Assembly (NCBI RefSeq): GCF_039541115.1
Contig: NZ_BAABFP010000002.1
Coordinates: 496,001-560,000 of the forward strand
Source of the DNA: Angustibacter luteus
GTDB taxonomy: Bacteria; Actinomycetota; Actinomycetes; Actinomycetales; Angustibacteraceae
Reading direction: 5' to 3'
DNA: 64,000 nt
In this document: positions 53,601-62,833 of the stretch, piece by piece
Position numbering within the stretch: position 1 is the first letter of the stretch
How the letters are laid out: each line of letters begins with the position of its first letter
Position numbers and translations under genes: made by a program
The notes under the pieces: model-generated
Seen by the model: the letters and a program-made list of their open reading frames with translations, nothing else
What the model was told of the DNA's origin: nothing
Databases searched by the model: none

Positions 53601-54539
53601 GTGACCCGCTCGCCGCTGCAGCTCGCCGCCCTCGCCAGCGGCGCCGTGCCGGGGCTGGACCCCGTCTCCGTCGACCCGCCGCACGTGGACGGCATGGACT
53701 TCGACGTCGCCGTGGTGACGGACGGCCAGCAGCGCCGCTGGGTGGTCCGCGCGCCGCGACGGACGGCCGCCGCGGTCGCCGCCGACACCGAGGCGCGGCT
53801 GCTGCCGGTGCTCGGCCGGCTCCTGCCCGTGCCCGTTCCGCAGCCGGCCGGCCGGGCCGCCCTGCCCGAGGGCGGCAGTGCGCTGGTCTACCCGTACCTG
53901 CCCGGCCGCCCGGTGGACCCTGCGGAGCTGGCCGCCGGGTCGGCGCTCGCCGCCGAGATCGGCCGGGCCATCGCGGCGCTGCACGAGATCGACCCGGCGG
54001 TCGCGGACGACGTCGGCCTGGCGTCGTACTCGGGCGAGGAGTACCGGCAGCGCCGGCTGTCGGACGTCGACCGCGCGGCCGCGACCGGGCACGTGCCCGC
54101 GCCGCTGCTGGCTCGGTGGGAGCGCGCGCTCGAGGACGTGACTCGCTGGCACTACGTGCCGACACTGGTCCACGGCGACCTCGCGCCGGAGCACGTGCTG
54201 GTGCACGACGGAGCCGTCAGCGGCCTGATCGACTGGGGCGACGCCTGCGTGGCGGACCCGGCGGACGACCTGGCCTGGGTGGTGTCGACGCTCGAGCCGG
54301 ACGTGGCCGACACCGTGCTGGAGGCCTACGCGATGGCCCGCACGCAGCAGCCCGACGCGCACCTGCAGGCCCGGGCCGAGCTCGCGGCTGAGCTCGCGCT
54401 GGCTCGCTGGTTGCTGGGCGCGATCGCCGCGGACGACGTCGCCGTCATCGACCGGGCGGCCGCGCACCTGCGAGACCTGGCCGGCCGGGTGGGCGACGAA
54501 GCCGGCAGCGAGTCCGGCACCCCGTCCAGCGGCGACTGA
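53601..54539 (+). CDS. APH-family phosphotransferase (macrolide-phosphotransferase-like)
   Basis: WVVRAPR, HGDL, IDW, DPADD; leaderless GTG after TACCGT. Confidence 0.88.
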   Translation: MTRSPLQLAALASGAVPGLDPVSVDPPHVDGMDFDVAVVTDGQQRRWVVRAPRRTAAAVAADTEARLLPVLGRLLPVPVPQPAGRAALPEGGSALVYPYLPGRPVDPAELAAGSALAAEIGRAIAALHEIDPAVADDVGLASYSGEEYRQRRLSDVDRAAATGHVPAPLLARWERALEDVTRWHYVPTLVHGDLAPEHVLVHDGAVSGLIDWGDACVADPADDLAWVVSTLEPDVADTVLEAYAMARTQQPDAHLQARAELAAELALARWLLGAIAADDVAVIDRAAAHLRDLAGRVGDEAGSESGTPSSGD

Positions 54540-54543
54540 GCGC

Positions 54544-55377
54544 GTGCGGGTCGGCACGTTCAACCTCTGGTCCGGCCGCGGTCGCGACGGGCTCGTGGAC
54601 GCCGGGCGGCTGGCGGAGTCCGTCCGGTCCCTGGCCGACGCCGGCGTCGACGTGCTCGTGGTCCAGGAGGTCGACCGCGGCCAGCCCCGCTCGGGCGGCG
54701 CGGACCAGCTCGGTGCGGTGGCGGAGGCGTTCGGGGCGGTCGACGCGCGGTTCTGCCCGACGGTGTTCGGCGAGCCCGGCTCCGCCGCGGGTTGGGTCCC
54801 GGCGACCGCCGGCCTGGACCAGCAGGTCGACGAGCAGCACCCGAGCACACCACCGGCGCCGTCGTACGGCATCGGCGTGGTGTCACGACTGCCGGTGCTG
54901 GCGTGGCGGCTGCGCCGCCTCCGCGGGTCCCGGGCGGTCCTGCCGGTGGCGGTGCCGCGTGACGGGCGGGGCATGCGCGTGCTGTGGGTATCGGACGAGC
55001 CGCGGGCCGCCCTCGCGGCGGTGGTCGCCGGCGACTCGGGGCCGGTCACGGTCATCGGGGTCCACCTGTCGTTCGCGCCCCCGGCGGCGGTGCGTCAGCT
55101 GCGGACGGTGCGCCGGTGGGCCGACTCCCTGCCGGGCCCACGCGTGCTGGCGGGCGACCTCAACCTGCCCGGCGGGGTACCGGCGCGAGTGACCGGGTGG
55201 CGGTCGCTGGCTCGGGCGTCCACGTTCCCGGCGGCCGATCCGCGAGTCCAGCTCGACCACGTGCTCACTGACGCCGCGTCCGACCCGGTCGAGCACAAGG
55301 ACTCCCGAACCGGGGAGGCCCTGTTGCTGCCGCTCTCGGACCACCGCGCCCTGGTCGCGGATGATGTGAGACTGTGA
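54544..55377 (+). CDS. Endonuclease/exonuclease/phosphatase family protein
   Basis: TFNL, VQEVD, HLS, GDLN, TFP, DHVL, SDH. Confidence 0.9.
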   Translation: MRVGTFNLWSGRGRDGLVDAGRLAESVRSLADAGVDVLVVQEVDRGQPRSGGADQLGAVAEAFGAVDARFCPTVFGEPGSAAGWVPATAGLDQQVDEQHPSTPPAPSYGIGVVSRLPVLAWRLRRLRGSRAVLPVAVPRDGRGMRVLWVSDEPRAALAAVVAGDSGPVTVIGVHLSFAPPAAVRQLRTVRRWADSLPGPRVLAGDLNLPGGVPARVTGWRSLARASTFPAADPRVQLDHVLTDAASDPVEHKDSRTGEALLLPLSDHRALVADDVRL

Positions 55378-55388
55378 CATGTCTCACA
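55373..55388. promoter_or_regulatory. Perfect CRP/GlxR-type site inside a larger palindrome
   Basis: TGTGA-CATGTC-TCACA, nested in GATGTGAGAC-N8-GTCTCACATC (55363-55390). Confidence 0.5.
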
Positions 55389-55446
55389 TCGTGAGAAGTT
55401 AGGGGTTTGGGCGATCTAAACCGCCGCCCACAGCGTCTTTCCTAGT

Positions 55447-55491
55447 GCCGGCCACGGTGAGCGCTGCAGGGGGCTGCTCACCGAGGCCGGC
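55447..55491. terminator. Hairpin between convergent EEP and adnB genes
   Basis: GCCGGCC-A-CGGTGAGC...GCTCACCG-A-GGCCGGC. Confidence 0.65.
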
Positions 55492-55504
55492 CTCATTGTG
55501 CCGC

Positions 55505-58500
55505 TCAGTCGCCGGCGGGCTCAGGAACCGCGTGCAGCAGCGCGACGACTCCGGCCTCGTCCAGCAGGTCCACCGGTCGCACCGTCTCACCGGTGGACAC
55601 GTAGCAGAACGCCGCACCGACCCGCTCGAGCGGGATCCCGTGCAACCGGTGCCAGGCGAGGCGGTAGACCGCCAGCTGCACGTCCCGGGCCCGCGCCTGC
55701 GCACCCGTCGGCGGCGCGCCGGTCTTCCAGTCGACGATGTCGACGCCGCCGTCGTCCCGGGCGAACACCGCGTCGATCCGGGCGCGCAGCACCGTGCCGT
55801 CCACTGGCGTCTCGACCGGGACCTCGACGGCCACCACCTTGCGGCTCGCCCACTCGGTAGCCAGGAAGTGCTCCTGCAGCTCGCGCAGCCCCAGGTCGTC
55901 GGAGTCGTCGTCCGCTGCCCCGGGCAGCTCGACGACGTCCAGGATCGACGCCGCGCCGAGGTGGCGCTCCACCCACGCGTGGAACGCCGTGCCGCGCCGG
56001 GACGACGGGTGCGGGCGCCGCGGCATCGGCCGGCGCAGCGTCAGGGCGAGCTCGGCCGGGTCGGCCCGCAGCTGGACGAGCCGGGAGGCCGACAGGTGCG
56101 TCGGCAGCTCGACCGTGATCGCGTTGTCCTGCAGGCGGTCCCGCTCGGCCAGCAGCAGGGTGATGGCCCGGTCCGAGGCGTCCTGGGTCTCGGCGTCCGG
56201 CTGCCCGTCGGGAGCGAGGTCGAACGGCAGGGCGGACATCGCTTGGTCCACCCGGGCGGCGCCGGCCTCGACCACGGCCCGCCGCCCGCCCAGGGGATCG
56301 ACCGGCCACGGCGCACCGGACAGCGCCGGGTCCGTGGGCTTGTCGACGTCCGCGGGCGGCATCGGCCGCACCTCGCCGACCCGGACGGCGGCCACCACCC
56401 GCTGGTCGACGGTCGGCTCCCCCATCGGCAGCCCGGGGACCAGCTCGCAGAGGAACCGCGACGGCATCCGCGGGTTCAGCGCGGACCCCCAGCTGTGGCT
56501 GGTCAGCAGCAGCGACTCCTTGGCCCGGGTGAACGCGACGTAGGCCAGCCGGCGCTCCTCGGCGAGCTCGTGGTCGCCGCAGGCGGCGTAGAAGTCCTTG
56601 AGCTCGGCGAGCAGCACCTTCTGGTCGGGCGCCGCGGACCACCGCACGTCCGGCAGCCCGTCACGGTCGCCCCGCAGCGCGTGCGGCACCTTGCCCAGGC
56701 CACCCAGCCACCCCTTGTCGTTCACCCGCGGCACCGCCCAGCCGTCGACCCCCGCCCGCACCTGCACGCGGTGCTGCGGGAAGCCGCCCTCGACCAGTCC
56801 GGGTACGGCCACGACGTCCCACTCCAGGCCCTTGGCCGCGTGCACCGTCATGACCTGGACGGCCTGCTCGTTGACCTCGACCTGGCCGGGCTCGAGCCCG
56901 TGCTCCTGCTCGTCCGCGGCGGCCAGCCAGACCAGGAAGGCGCCCAGCGTCGCCCGCTCCGCGGTCGCCTCGAAGCCCGCGGCCACGTCGGCGAGCGCGT
57001 CCAGGTGGGCGCGGGCCTGACCCGGCGCGACCCGCGGCCGGGAGGCCACCTCGACGTCGAGCAGCAGGGCCCGCTCGACCTCGGCGACCAGGTCGGGCAG
57101 CGCCAGGGATGTCCGGCCGCGCAGGTCGCGCACCGTGTCCGACAGCCGCTGCAGCCGGGACCGGGCGGGGGCGGACAACGCCCGGCCGTCCCGGTCGGTC
57201 CAGTCCGGCGCCGGGAGCTCGTCGAGCGCCTCCACGATGCTCGGCTCCTCCGGCGCTGCGATCCCCGAGCCGCGACCGCTGCGCTCGGCGTGCAGCTCAC
57301 GGGACCAGCCGGCCAGGACCGTCAGGTCGTGCGCGCCCAGGCGGCAGGTGGGCCCGGTGAGCAGGCGCATGAGCATGTCGCCGCGACTGGGGTCGTGCAC
57401 GACGTGCAGCGCGCAGACCAGGTCGGCCACCTCGGGGGTGGACAGCAGGCCGCCGAGGCCCACCACCTCGTAGGGCAGACCCGCCGCGAGCAGCGCTGCC
57501 TCGACGTCGGTGAACTGGGAGCGCTTGCGGCACAGCACCGCGGCTGTCCGGCCGGGCACCCGCTCCCCGTCCGGACCGAGCCAGTGCTGGGACAGCCACT
57601 GCGCCACCGACGTCGCCTCGAGGCTGCTCGTCTCCAGCGACCGGACCTCGACCGAGCCCACGTCGGCGCCGGTGCGCGCCTGCAGGTCGCGCACCTGCAC
57701 CGTGGTCGTGGCCTGCAGGGGCGCCGCGACCGCGTTGGCCACCGCCAGCACGGACGTCGGGTTGCGCCAGCTCGTCGAGAGGTGGCGCACGGTCGCGGGC
57801 TGGCCGTCGTCTGCCCGGAAGCGAGCGGCGAAGCCGGCGAGGGTGTCAGCGCTGGCCCCGCGCCAGCCGTAGATCGACTGGTGCGGGTCGCCGACGGCCG
57901 TGACTCCGTGGCCGTCACCGAACAGCGCCTCGAGCATCACCAGCTGGGCGTGGCTGGTGTCCTGGAACTCGTCGAGCAGGACCGCGCGGTACTGGTCGCG
58001 GGCCTCCTCGGCCAGCCGGGGCACGGACGCCGCGAGCTGGGCCGAGAGCGCGAGCTGGTCGCCGAAGTCGAGCCGGTCGCGGATGCGTTTCGCGTCGGCG
58101 TAGGCGCGCACGATCGGCAGCAGCTGGCGGCGGGCCTGCAGCCGCTGCAGCAGCTCGGCGACGTCGCTGTACCGGCCCGCGGCCCGGGAGTCGTTGTACG
58201 GCAACGCCTCCACGTGCGCGATCCGATTTGCCAGGTAGGCGTCCAGCTCGTCGGGCGAGACCAGGTGCTCCGCGCACTCGGCGGACACGGCCAGCACCGC
58301 GTCGACCACGGTGGACATCGCGAAGTCGACGGAGTCCATGTCACCGAGCCAGCCCTCGACGACCTCGCTGGCCAGCTGCCAGCAGGACGCCTCCGTGAGC
58401 AGCTGGGCCTCGGGCTCGATCCCCAGCCGCATGCCGTGCTCGCGGACCAGCCGTCCGGCGAAGGCGTGGTAGGTGGAGACGGTGACGTCCAGGTCGGCGT

Positions 58501-58798
58501 CCGGCGCGGACCACAGGCCGGCCCGGCGCAGGGCGCGCAACCGGCTGCGGATGCGCTGCCCCAGCTCGCCGGCCGCCTTGCGGGTGAAGGTCAAGCCGAG
58601 CACCTCGTCGGGGGCGACGACGCCACCGGCCACCAGCCAGATCACCCGGGCGGCCATGGTCTCGGTCTTGCCGGAGCCCGCACCGGCCACCACGAGCAGC
58701 GGGGCCAGCGGGGCCTCGATCACCGCAACCTGCTCGGGCGTCGGCTCGGGACGGCCGAGCGCCCGCGCGATCTCGACGGCCGAGGGTGCGCCGCTCAT
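55505..58798 (-). CDS. adnB: AdnB helicase-nuclease subunit
   Basis: AGAGSGKTET, LDEFQDT, HAAKGLEW, EERRLAYVAFTRA; C-terminal RecB-type nuclease (RIDAVF, VDWKTG, QLAVY). Confidence 0.93.
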   Translation of the reverse strand: MSGAPSAVEIARALGRPEPTPEQVAVIEAPLAPLLVVAGAGSGKTETMAARVIWLVAGGVVAPDEVLGLTFTRKAAGELGQRIRSRLRALRRAGLWSAPDADLDVTVSTYHAFAGRLVREHGMRLGIEPEAQLLTEASCWQLASEVVEGWLGDMDSVDFAMSTVVDAVLAVSAECAEHLVSPDELDAYLANRIAHVEALPYNDSRAAGRYSDVAELLQRLQARRQLLPIVRAYADAKRIRDRLDFGDQLALSAQLAASVPRLAEEARDQYRAVLLDEFQDTSHAQLVMLEALFGDGHGVTAVGDPHQSIYGWRGASADTLAGFAARFRADDGQPATVRHLSTSWRNPTSVLAVANAVAAPLQATTTVQVRDLQARTGADVGSVEVRSLETSSLEATSVAQWLSQHWLGPDGERVPGRTAAVLCRKRSQFTDVEAALLAAGLPYEVVGLGGLLSTPEVADLVCALHVVHDPSRGDMLMRLLTGPTCRLGAHDLTVLAGWSRELHAERSGRGSGIAAPEEPSIVEALDELPAPDWTDRDGRALSAPARSRLQRLSDTVRDLRGRTSLALPDLVAEVERALLLDVEVASRPRVAPGQARAHLDALADVAAGFEATAERATLGAFLVWLAAADEQEHGLEPGQVEVNEQAVQVMTVHAAKGLEWDVVAVPGLVEGGFPQHRVQVRAGVDGWAVPRVNDKGWLGGLGKVPHALRGDRDGLPDVRWSAAPDQKVLLAELKDFYAACGDHELAEERRLAYVAFTRAKESLLLTSHSWGSALNPRMPSRFLCELVPGLPMGEPTVDQRVVAAVRVGEVRPMPPADVDKPTDPALSGAPWPVDPLGGRRAVVEAGAARVDQAMSALPFDLAPDGQPDAETQDASDRAITLLLAERDRLQDNAITVELPTHLSASRLVQLRADPAELALTLRRPMPRRPHPSSRRGTAFHAWVERHLGAASILDVVELPGAADDDSDDLGLRELQEHFLATEWASRKVVAVEVPVETPVDGTVLRARIDAVFARDDGGVDIVDWKTGAPPTGAQARARDVQLAVYRLAWHRLHGIPLERVGAAFCYVSTGETVRPVDLLDEAGVVALLHAVPEPAGD

Positions 58799-61700
58799 GC
58801 GGTCACCGGGCGGCCCTCGCCACGGGCCGGGCACGAGGTGCGCACCGGGCAGCGGTCGCAGATGTCGTTCAGCTGGGCGTCGAAGCCGGCCGACGCCATG
58901 CCCTGGGCCACCTCGTCGACCAGCTCCACCGCCCAGCCGCCGTCCGGCGGGAGCGCGGGCTGGTCCTGCGGGCGGTAGGTCTTGGTGGGAGTGCCCAGCT
59001 GCACCAGTGCCGCACCGGCGGCGGGTTCGCCGGGGGCGACGTCCGCGAACGCACCGCCCTGGACGGCCACCTGGTAGGCGCCGAGCTGCGGGTTGGTCGG
59101 CAGGTCAGCCGCCTTCGGCGCGGACTTGCCGGTCTTGAGGTCGACCACCCGCAGGCCGTCGGCGGTGCGCTCCAACCGGTCCACCCGCCCGACGAGCCGG
59201 ACCGGGCCGCCGGGCAGCTCGAGCCGGACGTCGACGGGCAGCTCGGCGCCGACCAGCTCGCGGCCGCGGGCGTCCACGAGGTAGCCGGCGAGCTTGCGCA
59301 CCACCTGCTCAGCCCGCCGGCGACCGATGTCGCCGACCCAGCCGGGCCGCAGGCCCAGCACGTGCCAGCGCGCGTGCAGCGCCTCGACGAGCTCGGCCTC
59401 CGTGGCCTCGGGCAGCTCGGCGGCGAGGTCGTGCACGAGGTTGCCGAGGGCCTGCGAACCCGAGCTCGGTCCGGACCCACCGGCCTGGGTGAGCAGCCAC
59501 CGCAACGGGCAGCGGTCGAACTCCTCGACCTTGGACGGGGAGACCCGGACGGGCTCACCGGTGGCCAGCGGGTGGTCGTCGCTGAGCGGCGCGAGCCCGT
59601 ACCAGTCCTGCGGCGCGGCGCCGGGCACCCCGGCGAGCGCCAACCGGGCGAGCCGGCGGGCCGCCTCGCTGGCCTCGTCCGGCGGGGTGCGCGGGTCCGT
59701 CAGGTGCTGGCGCAGGGCCGCGACCACGCCAGCCAGGGACATCGGCGGACCGGGGGTGGTGACCGCCCGCACGCCGTCGTCGTCCCACCGCGCGGTGGTG
59801 GTGAAGCCGTCGGGGGCACGCCCGTCGGCCGCCGCCGGTGGCGGGTCGACCAGGTCGAGGAACGTCGACGGCTGCTGCTCGTCGTCGCGCACGGCCGTGA
59901 CCAGCAGCGACTCGCTGGCTCGGCTGACCGCGACGTGGAACAGCCGGGTCTCGTCGTCGCGCACGGCCGCAGCAGCGGCCCGCCGGGAGCCGTCGCGCCC
60001 TGTCAGGACGTCGACCAGGTGCTCTGCCCCCAGCAGCGAGCCGCGCGGGCGCAGATCCGGCCAGGTGCCCTCCTGCACCCCGGCCACGACGACCACCCGC
60101 CACTGCTGGCCCGCCGCGGCGGCTGCGGTGAGCAGCGCCACCGCGTCACCGGCGCCGCGCTCGGCGAGCGTGTCGGCCGGGACGTCCTGGCCGCGCAGGT
60201 ACTCCAGGAACTGCCCCGGCCCGGCCTGCGGGAGCCGGTCCATGAACCGGGCGGCCGCATCGAAGAGCGCCACCACCGCGTCGAGGTCGCGGTCGGCCCG
60301 CCGCCCGGCCGGTCCGCCGCCGAGTGCCACCCGCTGCCACCGCTCGGCCAGCCCGGTCACGGACCACACCGCCCACAGCACGGTCTCGGACGTCGCCGCC
60401 TCGGCGGCGCACGCCTCGGTCGCCGCGCGCAGGACCGCGGCGACCCGCCGCGCCGGTGCGGAGGTGAACCGGTCGACGAGCGCGAGCCGCGCCGGGTCGC
60501 GCAGGGCCTGGACCAGCAGGTCGTCGCTGTACGGCACGGGCGCTGCATCCGGATCTGGCGTCCCCCCGGGATCCGGCTCGGTCGGGGCGTCGGCGGCCCG
60601 CAAGGCCCGGCGCAGCCGCCGCAGCCCCATCGCGTCGGCGCCGCCGATGGGCGAGAGCAGCAGGGCCTGGGCCCGCTCGGCGTCCAGGGCCTCGCTCTCG
60701 AGCCCGGCGAGTCCGACCGCGAAGGCATCGAGCAGCGGGACGACGGCGGGCTGGTCCCGCACCGGCAGCTCGGTCAGTGGCACCTCGACCGGCACACCGG
60801 CGTGCGACAACCCCCGCCGCAGGTCGCCGGCGCGGGACCTCCCGCGCACCAGAACGGCCATCTGCGACCACGGCACTCCGTGCAGCAGGTGCTTGCGCCG
60901 CAGCGCGTCCGCGACCAGGGCCACCTCGTGCTGAGCGGTGCGCACGACGTGCACCACGACCTCATCAGGGCCCACCACCGCGTCGGGCTGCTGGACGTGG
61001 CGCTGCCGGGCCCCACCGGCCGCACCGATCCGCTCCGCGACCCGCGCCGTCACCGCGCGCAGCTCGCTGCCCTGCCGCCACGACGTCCGGAGCACGATCG
61101 ACTCGGCGGCACCGGCGTCGTCACCGGACCCGAGGAGCAGCCCCAGGTCAGCCCCGCGGAAGGACTGCGCGACGGAGTCGGGGTCGCCGGTGAGCAGCAG
61201 CCCCGGCCGGCCACCGACGACCACCCGGAGCAGGTCGGCCACCGCGGCGGTCGCCTCGTGCGCGTCGTCCATCGCAACCAGCTGGACCTGCTCGCGCACC
61301 TGGGCCAGCAGCCGGTCGTCCGACAGCAGCGCCGCCACTGCCTCGCTGGCGATCGCGGCCGGGTCGTAGCCGCCCGGCGTGGCCAGGGCCGTGACGTCCA
61401 GGTACTCGTGCAGGGCCCGCGCGCCAGCGACCCACTCGGGCCGGCCGTGCTCGACGCCGAGCGCCGCCAGCTCGTCCGGCGGGACGCCGCGCTCGACCGC
61501 CCGCATCAGCAGGTCGCGCAGCTCACCGCGGAAACCGCGCGTGCCCAGCGCCGGGGCGAGCTCGGCCGGCCACCCGGGGTCACCGCCCTGCCCCTGCCGG
61601 TGCCCGGCCAGCAGCTCACGGAGGATGACGTCCTGCTCCGGGCCGGTGATCAGCCTCGGTGCCGGCTCGCCCTGAGCGGCAGCCGCGAGCCGCAGCACCC

Positions 61701-62037
61701 CGAAAGCGAAGGACGCCGGCGTGCGGCCCAGCGGCTCCTGCACGGTCGCGGCGAGGCGGGCCGAGACCTGCTCACGCAGCCGGGACGCGGCCAGCCGGGT
61801 CGGCGCCAGCACCAGCACGCGGCCGGGGTCGAGCCCCTGCGCCACCCGGGCCACCACGGCCTCGACGAGCACGGTGGTCTTGCCCGTGCCGGGAGCCCCC
61901 AGGACCCGCAGGGGCCGCCCGCGGTGCTGCACCGCGGCCAGCTGCTCGGCGTCCAGCGACACCGCTCGACCGGTCGCCACCCGCGCCCGCTGCAGGCGCA
62001 GCTGGGGCGCCGAGTCGGTGCGGGGCAACGGATTCAC
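58795..62037 (-). CDS. adnA: AdnA helicase-nuclease subunit with Fe-S cysteines
   Basis: GAPGTGKTT, degenerate helicase motifs; nuclease RCPLRW, GRVDRLE, VDLKTG, QLGAYQ, CDRCPVRTSCP; leaderless GTG. Confidence 0.93.
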   Translation of the reverse strand: MNPLPRTDSAPQLRLQRARVATGRAVSLDAEQLAAVQHRGRPLRVLGAPGTGKTTVLVEAVVARVAQGLDPGRVLVLAPTRLAASRLREQVSARLAATVQEPLGRTPASFAFGVLRLAAAAQGEPAPRLITGPEQDVILRELLAGHRQGQGGDPGWPAELAPALGTRGFRGELRDLLMRAVERGVPPDELAALGVEHGRPEWVAGARALHEYLDVTALATPGGYDPAAIASEAVAALLSDDRLLAQVREQVQLVAMDDAHEATAAVADLLRVVVGGRPGLLLTGDPDSVAQSFRGADLGLLLGSGDDAGAAESIVLRTSWRQGSELRAVTARVAERIGAAGGARQRHVQQPDAVVGPDEVVVHVVRTAQHEVALVADALRRKHLLHGVPWSQMAVLVRGRSRAGDLRRGLSHAGVPVEVPLTELPVRDQPAVVPLLDAFAVGLAGLESEALDAERAQALLLSPIGGADAMGLRRLRRALRAADAPTEPDPGGTPDPDAAPVPYSDDLLVQALRDPARLALVDRFTSAPARRVAAVLRAATEACAAEAATSETVLWAVWSVTGLAERWQRVALGGGPAGRRADRDLDAVVALFDAAARFMDRLPQAGPGQFLEYLRGQDVPADTLAERGAGDAVALLTAAAAAGQQWRVVVVAGVQEGTWPDLRPRGSLLGAEHLVDVLTGRDGSRRAAAAAVRDDETRLFHVAVSRASESLLVTAVRDDEQQPSTFLDLVDPPPAAADGRAPDGFTTTARWDDDGVRAVTTPGPPMSLAGVVAALRQHLTDPRTPPDEASEAARRLARLALAGVPGAAPQDWYGLAPLSDDHPLATGEPVRVSPSKVEEFDRCPLRWLLTQAGGSGPSSGSQALGNLVHDLAAELPEATEAELVEALHARWHVLGLRPGWVGDIGRRRAEQVVRKLAGYLVDARGRELVGAELPVDVRLELPGGPVRLVGRVDRLERTADGLRVVDLKTGKSAPKAADLPTNPQLGAYQVAVQGGAFADVAPGEPAAGAALVQLGTPTKTYRPQDQPALPPDGGWAVELVDEVAQGMASAGFDAQLNDICDRCPVRTSCPARGEGRPVTA

Positions 62038-62044
62038 AGGAGCG

Positions 62045-62066
62045 AGTCCATCACACGCGACCGACA
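62045..62066 (-). promoter_or_regulatory. RecA-NDp/PafBC-type promoter of adnAB
   Basis: TGTCGG-N10-TGGACT, then 7 nt, then the GTG start. Confidence 0.65.
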
Positions 62067-62073
62067 ACGCCGG

Positions 62074-62397
62074 TCAGTCGCCGTCCCAGCGGGCGCGTCG
62101 CAGGTCCACCCGGGTGCCGTCGGGGCGCATCGGCGTCCCCTCGGCCCGCAGCTCGGCCAGCGCGCGGTCCGCGATCTGTGGCGCCGGCGTGCCGTCCGCG
62201 CGCAGCACCCGCCACCACGGGACCGACCCGCCGTACGTGCTCATCACCGCACCGACCTGCCGCGGGCCGCCCTCACCGAGGTACTCGGCGACGTCCCCGT
62301 AGGTCAGCACCCGGCCCCGCGGCACCTGGTCGACGACCTCCAGGACGAGCGCGGCGAACCGGGGCAGGTGGTCGTCGGGCCGGTCGGTGTCGGGCAC
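62074..62397 (-). CDS. Alkyltransferase-like (ATL) MGMT-family protein
   Basis: VP.GRVLTYGDVA, PRQVG, PWWRV (Trp in place of the catalytic Cys of PCHRV). Confidence 0.88.
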   Translation of the reverse strand: MPDTDRPDDHLPRFAALVLEVVDQVPRGRVLTYGDVAEYLGEGGPRQVGAVMSTYGGSVPWWRVLRADGTPAPQIADRALAELRAEGTPMRPDGTRVDLRRARWDGD

Positions 62398-62431
62398 CGG
62401 CCCAGTCTGCCGTCCGTGGCACACTCTGCGC

Positions 62432-62833
62432 GTGCACCCAGCCTCCCGCCCTCTCCGGCGCCCCGCCCTGACCCTGCTGGTCGCCGCGGCCGCGTGCTCG
62501 CTCGCCGCGTGCGGCGCCGCCGAGGACGCGGCGAAGTCCACCGCCTCCAGCGCCGCCAGCAAGGCGGCGTCCAAGGCCACCGACGCGGCCAAGGACCAGG
62601 GCCGAGCGCTGCTCGTCAAGCAGGCCTGCGACCTGCAGGACGGTTCCGGCCCGCTCGCCGACGGCAAGGTCGACGACGCCGACCGCGCGCTCGTCGCGTC
62701 GCTGGCCGCCGCGGCCGAGCAGGCCGGCGTCGAGGCCACCTACGTGAAGCCGCTGACGACCCTCGGCTCGTCCGACGCCACCTCGTACCAGACGAGGTCC
62801 GCGCTGACCTCGCTGAAGAAGGCCTGTCAGTAG
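62432..62833 (+). CDS. Putative lipoprotein
   Basis: Basic N-terminus, hydrophobic stretch, lipobox LAAC; Ala/Lys/Ser-rich linker; two further Cys. Confidence 0.7.
   Translation: MHPASRPLRRPALTLLVAAAACSLAACGAAEDAAKSTASSAASKAASKATDAAKDQGRALLVKQACDLQDGSGPLADGKVDDADRALVASLAAAAEQAGVEATYVKPLTTLGSSDATSYQTRSALTSLKKACQ

Noticed and set aside
53601..54539. Acquired macrolide/aminoglycoside resistance gene in the WhiB7 regulon
   Set aside because: Core-like codon usage, position beside nudC and no AT-rich WhiB7 motif at its promoter; substrate cannot be inferred
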